Positions 1 through 8,802 of a DNA stretch of 64,000 nt are shown in pieces; position 1 is the first letter of the stretch; each line of letters starts with the position of its first letter. The position numbers and the translations under genes were made by a program. The stretch comes from an uncultured delta proteobacterium (lineage in GTDB: Bacteria; Desulfobacterota; Binatia; UBA9968). The stretch lies in assembly GCA_963745835.1 (NCBI GenBank), contig CAVUZH010000015.1, forward strand, positions 96,001-160,000. The letters run 5' to 3'. The notes under the pieces were generated by a model. The model searched no databases. It was not told the DNA's origin and saw nothing but the letters and a program-made list of their open reading frames with translations.

Positions 1-596
1 GGGCGATCCGGCGCGGCGGCGTGAAAATGGGCGACTATGTTTTGATCCAAGGTCCCGGACAGCAAGGGCTCTCCTGCACATTTGCCTCGCGCCATGCCGG
101 TGCGGCGAAAGTCTTTATCAGCGGCATCGGCCGCGACCAACCGCGGCTCGAGTTGGCCAAGAAGTTCGGCGCTACCCGTACCATCAATGTCGAAGAAGAA
201 GACGTCGTCGAGGTCATTCGCAAGGAAACCAATGGTGAGATGTGCGACGTGGTCGTTGATGTGTCAGGCAATCCTAACGCGATCTTAAAGTCCGTCGATT
301 GTCTCCATCGGCAATCGACTCTGGTTCTGGGCGGCTTAACGGGTGACACCACAGTGACACCCATGCTGATGGATAAACTGGTTTGGAATGAGATCAAGCT
401 ACAGGGTTGCTTTACAGCAGACAACGACGCCACCGAGGCAGCGCTGCGGCTAATTGAAGAGACGAAGTTCCCGGTTCAAGAAATGGTCAGCCATACATTT
501 CCATTAAAAGAAATTGAAAAGTGCATTCGCGCCGTCGGCGGTGAAATTCCCGAGATGTTCCCGACCAAAGCGCTGATCAACCCCGCCTTAGGTTAG
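1..596 (+). CDS. Zn-dependent (MDR family) alcohol dehydrogenase, 5'-truncated by window edge
   Basis: Rossmann motif VLIQGPGQQG, DVVVDVSG, C-terminal SHTFPL..KALI; frame is open to the window start. Confidence 0.85.
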   Translation, partial: AIRRGGVKMGDYVLIQGPGQQGLSCTFASRHAGAAKVFISGIGRDQPRLELAKKFGATRTINVEEEDVVEVIRKETNGEMCDVVVDVSGNPNAILKSVDCLHRQSTLVLGGLTGDTTVTPMLMDKLVWNEIKLQGCFTADNDATEAALRLIEETKFPVQEMVSHTFPLKEIEKCIRAVGGEIPEMFPTKALINPALG

Positions 597-619
597 GCAA
601 CGCAGAGTCTCGAACTCGC

Positions 620-1390
620 ATGATCGAAGGACTCAAGGACAAAGTCGTTATCGTCACCGGCGGCGCCCACGGCATCGGCAAAGCGTACTGCCTCGGCTTC
701 GGCCAGTCAGGCTCGCACGTGGTGGTAGCGGACATCGATAAGCCGGCCGCAGACAAAGTCAGCGCCGAAATCATACAGCAAAAAGGCGCCCATGCGCTGG
801 CGCTGCACACGGATGTTGCCGACGAGAGATCAACCAAGCAGATGGCCGCCGCGGTAAGGCAACATTTTGGCCGAATCGATGTTTTGATTAACAACGCTGC
901 GATCTTCGCAACTATCCCCATGAACCGCGGGCGCATAGAGACCATCGACCCCGCCGAGTGGGACCGGCTCATGGCAGTGAACCTAAAAGGGTTGTTTTTC
1001 TGTTGCCGCGCCGTGCTGCCGAGCATGCGGGCGCAGAAATCCGGCAAGATCATCAATATCGCTTCGGGAACGGTGTTCGCGGGAAGCCCGGGAAGAATTC
1101 ACTATGTGACATCTAAAATGGCCACCATCGGCTTTACCAGGACGTTGGCTCGCGAGGTCGGCGATGACAATATCAACGTCAATGTTCTAGCTCCGGGGAA
1201 TACGCTGTCTGAAGAAAACCCCAGCCAAGAGGTCATTCGTCTGCGCGAATCCTCTGCCGGCTTGCGGGCATTGAAGCGCATACAGATGCCGCAGGATGTG
1301 GTCGGCGCCATGTTGTTTATGGCCTCGCCGCTGAGCGACTTCATTACCGGCCAGACGGTGAATGTCGACGGTGGCATTTCTTTTTTGTAA
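620..1390 (+). CDS. short-chain dehydrogenase/reductase (SDR)
   Basis: TGGAHGIG, NNAA, YVTSK (YxxxK), ITGQTVNVDGG. Confidence 0.95.
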   Translation: MIEGLKDKVVIVTGGAHGIGKAYCLGFGQSGSHVVVADIDKPAADKVSAEIIQQKGAHALALHTDVADERSTKQMAAAVRQHFGRIDVLINNAAIFATIPMNRGRIETIDPAEWDRLMAVNLKGLFFCCRAVLPSMRAQKSGKIINIASGTVFAGSPGRIHYVTSKMATIGFTRTLAREVGDDNINVNVLAPGNTLSEENPSQEVIRLRESSAGLRALKRIQMPQDVVGAMLFMASPLSDFITGQTVNVDGGISFL

Positions 1391-1409
1391 GGGTAATGAA
1401 CGCGCTTAC

Positions 1410-1565
1410 TTGAATCATGTGGCCGTCGGATTCCCTCGTGAGCGTCTCCCTGACATGTTCAGTCACGACCTACCGGAGTTCTTAGGACGCACGGACATCA
1501 GCCAGGAAAAGAAAAGGGCAATCCTGCACGACAACCCGGCACGCTTTTATCGGCTAGAGATCTGA
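1410..1565 (+). pseudogene. C-terminal remnant of an amidohydrolase-2 family gene
   Basis: GFPRER...DISQEKKRAILHDNPARFYRL resembles the amidohydrolase C-terminus (SDxPH...KxxILxxNxxRxY); no N-terminus present. Confidence 0.55.
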
Positions 1566-1590
1566 TCAGCTTGAAAACGGAGGAACTCAC

Positions 1591-2349
1591 ATGCGCTTAA
1601 AAGATAAAGTTGCGATCGTCACCGGCGGCGGCGTCGGTATCGGCAAAGCATACGCCCACGGCTTGGCCAAAGAAGGCGCCAAGGTCGTGGTTGCCGATAT
1701 TCAAGAAGCTGAGGCAAAAAAAGTCGCCGCCGACATCAAACAGTCCGGCGGCGAAGCCATGGCAGTGCCGGTCGATGTGACTTCATTCGACAAAGCTCAA
1801 GCGATGGCTCATGCCGCGATTAGCGCCTATCGGCGAATCGACATCTTAGTCAATAACGCCGGACTTTACTCTGCGCTGAAAAAGAAAAATTTTATGGAAA
1901 TTGACAGCGACGAGTGGGACCGGGTCATGGCAGTAAACGTGAAAGGCTTGTTTCACTGCGTCAAAGCGGTTTACCCCGCCATGAAACAACAGGGCAAAGG
2001 AAAGATAATCAATATCTCATCCGGAACAACCTTGAACGGCTCGCCATTCTTTCTCCATTATGTGTCATCCAAAGCTGGCGTGATCGGCTTCACTCGAGCG
2101 CTGGCACGGGAGGTCGGCGGAGACAACATCTGCGTTAATTCAATCATGCCGGGCCTGACCATTTCCGGCGCAAATCAGGAAGGCGTCATGACCGCCGAGC
2201 AATTGGCAGATCGAAGAAAGCGTCGCTCGATTCAGCGCGATCAGTACCCTCAGGATCTGGTAGGCACGGTGATTTTTCTCGCATCAGATGACAGCGACTT
2301 CATGACCGGCCAGTCGATTAGCGTCGACGGCGGCATGAATATGCATTGA
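1591..2349 (+). CDS. short-chain dehydrogenase/reductase (SDR)
   Basis: GGAGG RBS; TGGGVGIG, NNAG, YVSSK, MTGQSISVDGG. Confidence 0.95.
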   Translation: MRLKDKVAIVTGGGVGIGKAYAHGLAKEGAKVVVADIQEAEAKKVAADIKQSGGEAMAVPVDVTSFDKAQAMAHAAISAYRRIDILVNNAGLYSALKKKNFMEIDSDEWDRVMAVNVKGLFHCVKAVYPAMKQQGKGKIINISSGTTLNGSPFFLHYVSSKAGVIGFTRALAREVGGDNICVNSIMPGLTISGANQEGVMTAEQLADRRKRRSIQRDQYPQDLVGTVIFLASDDSDFMTGQSISVDGGMNMH

Positions 2350-2420
2350 ACGCGTAAGAGAACGGTAGAGAGACCCTTGCAGAGAGCAACGCAAGCAGCA
2401 AGACGGTGTCAAGCCTTGCA

Positions 2421-3671
2421 TCAGTCAAATACCATACTGGTAAAGGTCACTGCTGAGGCTGTTTCGGGAGTAAAGGCTTGGCTATATTTTAATCGTTGTC
2501 CGTTGCCGTCCTTGAGCAGGTGAATCAGCGAGTACAGCGGTGAGAACCCGCAGATCCGTCTTTTATCTTGATCTTTTGCGATCTCATGAAAAAATCCCGG
2601 CGCGTCGCGGGCCGCCAGACGCTCCACCAGACGATCATCCTCGGCTTCAACCCATTTGAGAAAATCTTCCGTGATTGGTTCACCGTCACCGAACTGGCGT
2701 CCGACGTGCGCCAGATCCACACCAGCGATCAAACACACTTCTCGTCTTTCATTTTCAACCAAGCTCTTGAGCGCGCCGAGAAACGTGCCGACAGTCGGAG
2801 TTCTTTCCGGCAAAGTTTTGCTCGCTACCATCGCATGAAACGAGGAAACGAGAATCGGTAGAATCTTGAAGGGTCTCTCGGGTTGAGATAGCAACTCGGC
2901 GCGCCGCTGCGCTAGGTACTTCAAGAAGACTACCTGGAATTCGAGAGAATGCTCACCGCGATGGAGATACTCGTCCGCGAATAGATCTTGCTCGCAAATA
3001 CTCTGCAGCTGTGAAACAAACGCTTTGTCGGTTTCGACGATGCCGAGCGGAGTTTCAAAATCTTTGAGCGTCAGGATAAAAGGATTGTTGCCGCCGCAAT
3101 GAGAAGTTCCAAGCAGGATGTATAAGTCAGCTCCATCGCTCTCTAGAAGCCGCTTGTAGGCCCACGCATATGCAGGGCCACCACGATGAAAATCGATATG
3201 CGGCGCGACAATCGCCCGCGGGGCCGTTCTCCTGCCATTTGCTACATCCAGTCCGGGACCATCCGCTGAAGTAAAATATCCGTCGAGCTGAGCCCTCAGG
3301 CCAACAGCATCATCTGGGTATACTCCGCCCATGTGCGCCGGCGCGCGCGTCGGCCGGCGACAAAAAGCTTCGATGACACTCTTCTGATACTCGGCGAATC
3401 GTTCACTGACCATGTAATAGTGCTCATCGAGCATGTCGATAAAATTTTTAAGTTCATCTGTGAGCAAGACCGTACCGAACTGCTTCGAGAAGATTTCTTG
3501 GATGTCGATAAAAGAATGACGGCCGTCGAAATGAGCCATGAGAAAATAGCCCACAGGAGAAACTCCCAACGGAGTGGCTAGATTGAGCGGATCTTTCAGA
3601 TAGATCAGGTTGTTGCCGTTTTGTTGAACAGGAAAGGCCTCAACGGCCCGCAAGCGGGGAAAACTATTCAT
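2421..3671 (-). CDS. MEMO1-family protein (AmmeMemoRadiSam protein B) with N-terminal extension
   Basis: APHID, LGTSH, HRGEHSLEFQ, DLAHVG, ICG motifs; start placed at ATG 3671. Confidence 0.9.
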   Translation of the reverse strand: MNSFPRLRAVEAFPVQQNGNNLIYLKDPLNLATPLGVSPVGYFLMAHFDGRHSFIDIQEIFSKQFGTVLLTDELKNFIDMLDEHYYMVSERFAEYQKSVIEAFCRRPTRAPAHMGGVYPDDAVGLRAQLDGYFTSADGPGLDVANGRRTAPRAIVAPHIDFHRGGPAYAWAYKRLLESDGADLYILLGTSHCGGNNPFILTLKDFETPLGIVETDKAFVSQLQSICEQDLFADEYLHRGEHSLEFQVVFLKYLAQRRAELLSQPERPFKILPILVSSFHAMVASKTLPERTPTVGTFLGALKSLVENERREVCLIAGVDLAHVGRQFGDGEPITEDFLKWVEAEDDRLVERLAARDAPGFFHEIAKDQDKRRICGFSPLYSLIHLLKDGNGQRLKYSQAFTPETASAVTFTSMVFD

Positions 3672-3754
3672 CGTTACGAACAAAAGTGCCTGCGATCAAG
3701 CTTCGATAGGACAGAAGCCAGACCGCTGCCGCGCAGCGAGTTCGCGAGCAGTTG

Positions 3755-4054
3755 TTAACCGATTCCGAGTCTCTGCTTTGCCTCGTCACTAATTCTGCTC
3801 GGATCCCATGGCGGATCCCAAACGAGATCAACGGTGGCATCACGAACACCTTCTAGAGCGAGAATTTTTTCTTTGGCATCGGCAGCGATCATCGTCCCCA
3901 TGCCGCACCCGGGCGCGGTCAACGTCATTTTCACCGCGACACTGTCGTCATTCACTTCGACCTCATAAACTAGGCCCAGATCGACTATATTGACCGGAAT
4001 TTCGGGATCGTAACATTCGTGAAGCGCTTCGTAGACTTGTTCTTTAGTGACCAT
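3755..4054 (-). CDS. DUF59/SufT metal-sulfur cluster assembly factor
   Basis: DPEIPVNIVDLGLVY, MTLTAPGC, VWDPPW; GGAG RBS before ATG 4054. Confidence 0.93.
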   Translation of the reverse strand: MVTKEQVYEALHECYDPEIPVNIVDLGLVYEVEVNDDSVAVKMTLTAPGCGMGTMIAADAKEKILALEGVRDATVDLVWDPPWDPSRISDEAKQRLGIG

Positions 4055-4103
4055 TGATTCTGCTCCTCCGGATTTTTCCGGCAAAATATTCCACGGAATC
4101 AGA

Positions 4104-5204
4104 CTAGCTCGAAACGATTTTCAAACCTTGAGTTTGCTTGGCGCGTTCCGAAGCAATCGAAAGCTGTCCGGCCAACTTGGCCGCGATCTCTAGAAAAATT
4201 TTGCTTACCTCCGAGTTCGGATCCTGAATGAGAATCGGTGAGCCCTTATCGCCTCCTTCTCGGAGCGCGGGAGTAATCGGGATTTCGCCGAGGTAGGGAA
4301 TGTTAAACCGCTCTGCCGCCCGGAGAGCGCCACCACGGGAAAAAATTTCGTGGTTCTTGTTACAACCATCGCAAATGAAATAACTCATGTTTTCCACGAT
4401 GCCAACGATCGGAATCATCACTTTGTCGAACATGCTCTTGGCCCGAATGACATCGGCGAGAGCAACATCTTGCGGCGTTGCAACCAACAGCGCGCCGCTG
4501 ACTTTTAACTGCTGCGAAAAGGTAATTTGCACATCGCCGGTTCCCGGCGGCATGTCAACGACGAGGTAGTCCAATTCGCCCCAATGAACGTCGGCCATGA
4601 GTTGGTGCAGCGCCTTGCCGAGCATCGGACCGCGCCAAATTACCGCCTGCTCCGGGTCGAGGAAAAATCCAATCGACATCACCGGCACGCCATGAGCTAT
4701 CGTCGGAGCGATCTTGGACACTCCGTTAATCTCGATTTTCGACGGCTCACCTTTGACGCCCATGATAATCGGCACGGAAGGTCCATAGATATCGGCGTCA
4801 AGTAATCCGGTTGCGGCGCCATGTTTTTTCAGAGCCACCGCCAAATTAGCCGCTACCGTGGATTTACCGACACCGCCTTTACCGGCGGCAACCAGCACCA
4901 CGTTTTTAACCGAAGGGAGCAGATCTGTTTGGCCCTCGCCTGCCTTGCTACCGCGCACCTGCGCACCGAAGCTTATTTCAAGCTCTTTGATCCCGGGAAC
5001 TTCCGCCAATGCCTTCTTACAATCCGTTTCGATGGTCTCGCGCAAAGGACAAGCCGGGGTGGTTAATTCAACGGTGAAACTGACCTTGCCGTCATTCAGG
5101 ACGAGGTTCTTCACCATTCCAAGACTTACAATATCCCGGTGAAGTTCAGGGTCCTGAACCTTCTTTAAGACGCCGAGAATTCTCTCCTGAGATAAACTTT
5201 CCAA
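4104..5204 (-). CDS. apbC: Mrp/NBP35/ApbC Fe-S cluster carrier ATPase
   Basis: N-terminal DUF59 (DPEL..TTPACP), GKGGVGKS, DADIYGPS, DMPPGTGD, ENMSYFICDGC. Confidence 0.95.
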   Translation of the reverse strand: MESLSQERILGVLKKVQDPELHRDIVSLGMVKNLVLNDGKVSFTVELTTPACPLRETIETDCKKALAEVPGIKELEISFGAQVRGSKAGEGQTDLLPSVKNVVLVAAGKGGVGKSTVAANLAVALKKHGAATGLLDADIYGPSVPIIMGVKGEPSKIEINGVSKIAPTIAHGVPVMSIGFFLDPEQAVIWRGPMLGKALHQLMADVHWGELDYLVVDMPPGTGDVQITFSQQLKVSGALLVATPQDVALADVIRAKSMFDKVMIPIVGIVENMSYFICDGCNKNHEIFSRGGALRAAERFNIPYLGEIPITPALREGGDKGSPILIQDPNSEVSKIFLEIAAKLAGQLSIASERAKQTQGLKIVSS

Positions 5205-5225
5205 TGGGACTCCTTTGATAAACTC

Positions 5226-5251
5226 TAGACTTATAAGGTCTATGATGTCAA
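5226..5251 (-). promoter_or_regulatory. sigma70 -35 (TTGACA) with overlapping palindrome TAGAC-N7-GTCTA, candidate Rrf2/IscR-type operator
   Basis: TAGACttataagGTCTA at 5226-5242; TTGACA on minus strand at 5251-5246, directly upstream of apbC. Confidence 0.5.
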
Positions 5252-5382
5252 CAGCACTGGTATGTCAACAAAAAGCTGACAAACGAGTCTAAATATTTAA
5301 TCAGATACGCTCGAGGTGGTGCGTGATCGCGTCCAAAAAGTTGCCGGGGAAAATGCCTTTTGCTACACTTGTTTTTCTTTAC

Positions 5383-5574
5383 GACGCTGTCGGACGAGCC
5401 GACGCGGGCGCGGCGATCGGCGGCGCGTAATTCTTGGATCGGGTGCTTCGGTGGAAATCGTTTACAAGGCCAGGAACAAAAACAGCGGAGCAGCGGCGCC
5501 AAATCGATGAAAACCAAGCAGAGTTGGAGCGGCAAAGACGCGACTTGGAAAGGGCTCAAATCGGCGAATACTAA
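5383..5574 (+). pseudogene. degenerate glycine-zipper/coiled-coil gene remnant paralogous to the N-half of the downstream OmpA protein
   Basis: Across frames reads AVGRADAGAAIGGA*, GNRLQGQEQKQ, AEQRRQIDENQAELERQ versus AVGHAGAGAAIGGA, GDQLQGQEIKQAEQQKAIDQQRAEI. Confidence 0.65.
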
Positions 5575-5614
5575 TCCCGGACCGCAAAATCAAAACAGAG
5601 TCGAGAGAAATACG

Positions 5615-6325
5615 ATGAACAATTCTCCTAAATATCTTACAGCAGCGATGATCGCACTGTCGATCGTCGCAGCCGGGTGTGCCGGTGGATCATTAAGTAC
5701 CCGAGAAAAAGGCGCCGGAATAGGTGCGCTGGGCGGTGCGGCTGCCGGCGGGATTGTCGGCGCTGCGGTCGGTCACGCCGGCGCTGGCGCGGCGATCGGC
5801 GGGGCGCTTGGCTTGGGTACAGGAGCTCTCATTGGCGACCAACTCCAAGGGCAGGAAATAAAACAAGCCGAGCAGCAAAAGGCCATCGATCAACAGCGGG
5901 CCGAGATTGCTAAAAACCAGGCGCTGATTGATGAATTGAAAAAGCGAAATATCGAGGCGCGTGAAACTAGCCGAGGCGTAACGGTCAATCTTCCCAACGT
6001 CAACTTTCAATTTGATAGCGCTGATTTAACTCCGGATGGACGAGATCGAGTAAATCAAATCGCCAATATCCTTCAGCGAGAGGCGCCGAATCGCAAGGTC
6101 ACCGTGGAAGGCCACGCAAGCCGCGAGAGCGCCGCCCAAGAATCTTACAACCAGCGGTTGTCGGAGCGGCGGGCAAGCACCGTAGCTCAATCACTCGAAC
6201 GCAATGGCGTCAACGGCGGGCGCATTTCATCGCAAGGGTTAGGCACTCGCGCACCGATCGCCAGCAATGATTCCGAGGACGGTCGAAGACAGAATCGCCG
6301 GGTGGAAGTGATCATTGAGAATTAG
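5615..6325 (+). CDS. OmpA-family lipoprotein with glycine zipper
   Basis: Lipobox AAGC, Gly zipper, FQFDSADL, VEGH, NQRLSERRA, NRRVEV; true start ATG 5615, not 5360. Confidence 0.92.
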   Translation: MNNSPKYLTAAMIALSIVAAGCAGGSLSTREKGAGIGALGGAAAGGIVGAAVGHAGAGAAIGGALGLGTGALIGDQLQGQEIKQAEQQKAIDQQRAEIAKNQALIDELKKRNIEARETSRGVTVNLPNVNFQFDSADLTPDGRDRVNQIANILQREAPNRKVTVEGHASRESAAQESYNQRLSERRASTVAQSLERNGVNGGRISSQGLGTRAPIASNDSEDGRRQNRRVEVIIEN

Positions 6326-6902
6326 CGGATCCGAAGCGAGGTTCGCTTCCGTTCATCATTCGCCGAATGTTACTGCGATGGCGGCATGTGATTGCCAAGG
6401 TAATGAAAGCAGCCATTCCGACTACTAACGGCGGGTAGGAAAACAGCCAAAATATTATCGGCGCCGCTACTGCGGCTAAAATCGAGCTTAGGGAAACGAT
6501 CCTGCTGGATAGAACCGTAACGACAAACAGCGCAACCAACACCAGCGTGGCCATTGGAGCTACAGCCAAGAAAACACCCAAGGCCGTGGCCACGCCTTTT
6601 CCTCCCTTGAATTTCAAAAAGATAGGATAGAGGTGTCCGAGAAACGCTGCCGCCCCCACCAAAACTGTTGCTGCCAGGCTCGCCCCGAGTTGCATCGCGA
6701 GAATGACCGGAAGGAACCCTTTCGCCGTGTCCGCGATCAGGGTCAAGATACCTTGACGCTTGCCTACTACTCTGGCGACATTTGTCGCTCCGACATTACC
6801 GCTACCGAGCTCTCTCACATCAATCCCTGACCTCGCTCCGACAATGAAGCCCACCGGCACGGATCCCATTAAATAACCAAACAAGATTAAAAGTATTTCC
6901 AC
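6312..6902 (-). CDS. plsY: glycerol-3-phosphate acyltransferase PlsY
   Basis: YLMGSVP, GSGNVGATN, GHLYP, FKGGKGVAT, RHRSNI. Confidence 0.96.
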   Translation of the reverse strand: MEILLILFGYLMGSVPVGFIVGARSGIDVRELGSGNVGATNVARVVGKRQGILTLIADTAKGFLPVILAMQLGASLAATVLVGAAAFLGHLYPIFLKFKGGKGVATALGVFLAVAPMATLVLVALFVVTVLSSRIVSLSSILAAVAAPIIFWLFSYPPLVVGMAAFITLAITCRHRSNIRRMMNGSEPRFGSANSQ

Positions 6903-6955
6903 TTAAAGCTACCGAAGTTCAAAACCGCTGTCGCGACCAACTACAGTGCGCCGCC

Positions 6956-6995
6956 AAAAAAAAGCCCCGCACGGTGAAAACCGTGCAGGGCTTTT
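6956..6995 (-). terminator. intrinsic terminator after cupin gene (possibly bidirectional)
   Basis: A8-GCCCCGCACGG-tgaaaa-CCGTGCAGGGC-TTTT hairpin. Confidence 0.8.
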
Positions 6996-7030
6996 GAATA
7001 TTTATGCCAATTCTGGCGGGCAACAACCAA

Positions 7031-8125
7031 TCAGGCCGGCTTCTTATAGAAATCCGGATTCATTCTCGTGCTTGTCCCGGATTTGGCCAGTTCCTCCTCG
7101 AACATTTTTCGGATGTTCGGATCCTCGTCGTAATACTCAATCTGGTTGCCTCCGGACTTGACGTCTTTATCGACTTTGGTGATGTCGCCGAAGCTTTCGC
7201 CCAAGCTGTACTTGATCCCGCCTAAACGCGGCGGCAGATAGCGCGCCCCTGTGGCGCCGGTGTTGAAGTGCTGGTGAAACATCATTGCCGGCGGCGTAAA
7301 AACACTGCCGTCCTGCCAATCGTAGCGCTTCGGCTGTTCTCCTTGTCTCCAGAACAATGAGAAGCCATGACCTTTGATGATCATGACATTGAAACCAGGT
7401 CCGTGCCGATGGGCTTTCTTATAGGTGCCGACAGGGAACTCGGAAATATGCGCGGCCATCGAGCCATTGGCCATCTCAAGCATGACATTCTTTCCAGCCG
7501 CGCCGCGCTCTTTCCAGTCTTCAAGTTTGAAGTTGCGGGCATCAGCAATAAAGTTGGTATCCCAAACACGGCCTGGATGAGCTTTGCCCTTGCCGCTGAA
7601 ATATTCGGGATCGCCGTCGAAACGATCGACGAAGTCGCGAGGCGTATTGAAGATAAAGTCTTCGTTATGAAAAAGGTTGAAGGTGATGGCCATGCTGTTG
7701 ACCGAGAAAAACCGCGCTGGCTCGTCGCCCTGGCCGTTGAAGTGCTGGTACCAGGAATTAAGCGGCAGTGCGAAAAGACTTCCCTCTTGCCATTCGAAAG
7801 TTTGCTTCGCTCCTTTGTCATTCCAAATGGTAGTTGCGCCGCGGCCCTTGAGAACGTAAAGCATGTCTTCGTAGAGGTGCCTCTGCCGGTTGAGGCTCTT
7901 TCCGGCGGGGATTTCCAAAACATAGGCGCCGGTGGTTCCCTCCGCGCCTTCCATGTTGATGAATGCGCCATTACCACCGGTACGATCCCAAGGTTTTAGT
8001 TCAACCTTTCTCAAGTCCTGGACGAAAAAAGTTTTGACAACGGGGATTCCCTCCGCAAGCTGCCATTTTTCATAATATGGAATGTTATCTATCGAAACAT
8101 CTTGTTGAACAGCCGGTTTAGCCAT
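7031..8125 (-). CDS. bicupin protein (gentisate-dioxygenase-like fold), function unknown
   Basis: Two cupin modules: QRHLYED..GRG..WYQHFN and KAHRHGPG..MFHQHFN. Confidence 0.8.
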   Translation of the reverse strand: MAKPAVQQDVSIDNIPYYEKWQLAEGIPVVKTFFVQDLRKVELKPWDRTGGNGAFINMEGAEGTTGAYVLEIPAGKSLNRQRHLYEDMLYVLKGRGATTIWNDKGAKQTFEWQEGSLFALPLNSWYQHFNGQGDEPARFFSVNSMAITFNLFHNEDFIFNTPRDFVDRFDGDPEYFSGKGKAHPGRVWDTNFIADARNFKLEDWKERGAAGKNVMLEMANGSMAAHISEFPVGTYKKAHRHGPGFNVMIIKGHGFSLFWRQGEQPKRYDWQDGSVFTPPAMMFHQHFNTGATGARYLPPRLGGIKYSLGESFGDITKVDKDVKSGGNQIEYYDEDPNIRKMFEEELAKSGTSTRMNPDFYKKPA

Positions 8126-8316
8126 ATAGACCCTCCCAGAAACTATGCTGGGTTTCTATCGCATCGAATTGGCAAAAGCAAGGCGGAGATACCTGATCTG
8201 CCGCGGGATTTTCACAAGAGATCTACGCGCGGCAGAAGCAAAATCGCGGGTTCTCGACAAGTTGGTACGAGCGCGGTGTTGTTATCGGCGGAATGGCCAA
8301 CTTGCCATTAGGAGCA

Positions 8317-8345
8317 TTGACAATATCCCGCTAAAACTCTACTAA
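8317..8345 (+). promoter_or_regulatory. putative sigma70 promoter of the decarboxylase cluster
   Basis: TTGACA-N17-TACTAA about 40 bp upstream of the biotin carrier start. Confidence 0.45.
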
Positions 8346-8386
8346 ATGGCAATATTCAAGCTGCTTCAACAATCAAGGAGACCAAC

Positions 8387-8602
8387 TTGGCGACACCGAT
8401 TACCGCTCCGATGGTGGGGAAAATCTTGAAGGTGGAGAAAAACGTCGGAGACCGCGTCGATGAAGACGAGGTAGTGCTTGTGATGGAAGCGATGAAGATG
8501 GAGATACCCGTCGTTGCGCCTGCCTCCGGAGTGCTCAAAGAGATGAAGGTGTCAGCGGGACAGGCCGTCGAAGCGGATCAACTGCTCGCTGAAATCGAAT
8601 AA
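8387..8602 (+). CDS. biotin carboxyl carrier protein
   Basis: APMVGKI, EAMKME biotinylation motif; AAGGAG RBS, TTG start. Confidence 0.93.
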   Translation: MATPITAPMVGKILKVEKNVGDRVDEDEVVLVMEAMKMEIPVVAPASGVLKEMKVSAGQAVEADQLLAEIE

Positions 8603-8647
8603 TCCGTCCCGGTCAACACGCCCCGCAATCTTGGAGGAAATCAACTG

Positions 8648-8794
8648 ATGGACATCTGGTCTTTCGGATGGACGCTGTCGGTCATTGGCATGGCTGGAAC
8701 TATGCTGGTGTTGTGGTGCCTGAGCTTGCTTATCCTGCTGCTTAGGAAAATTTTCCCGTATAAGCCCGAAGCAACGGCACCGAAGAAAGGTTAG
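8648..8794 (+). CDS. OadG/GcdD/MmdD-like small membrane anchor subunit (48 aa, absent from ORF track)
   Basis: GGAGG RBS; MDIWSFGWTLSVIGMAGTMLVLWCLSLLILLLRKIFPYKPEATAPKKG, single TM with GM motif, between biotin carrier and beta subunit. Confidence 0.8.
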   Translation: MDIWSFGWTLSVIGMAGTMLVLWCLSLLILLLRKIFPYKPEATAPKKG

Positions 8795-8802
8795 ACAGAT
8801 TG

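Noticed and set aside
5360-5614. N-terminal extension of the OmpA protein
   Set aside because: Signal peptide and lipobox begin at 5615; the upstream part is a pseudogene remnant
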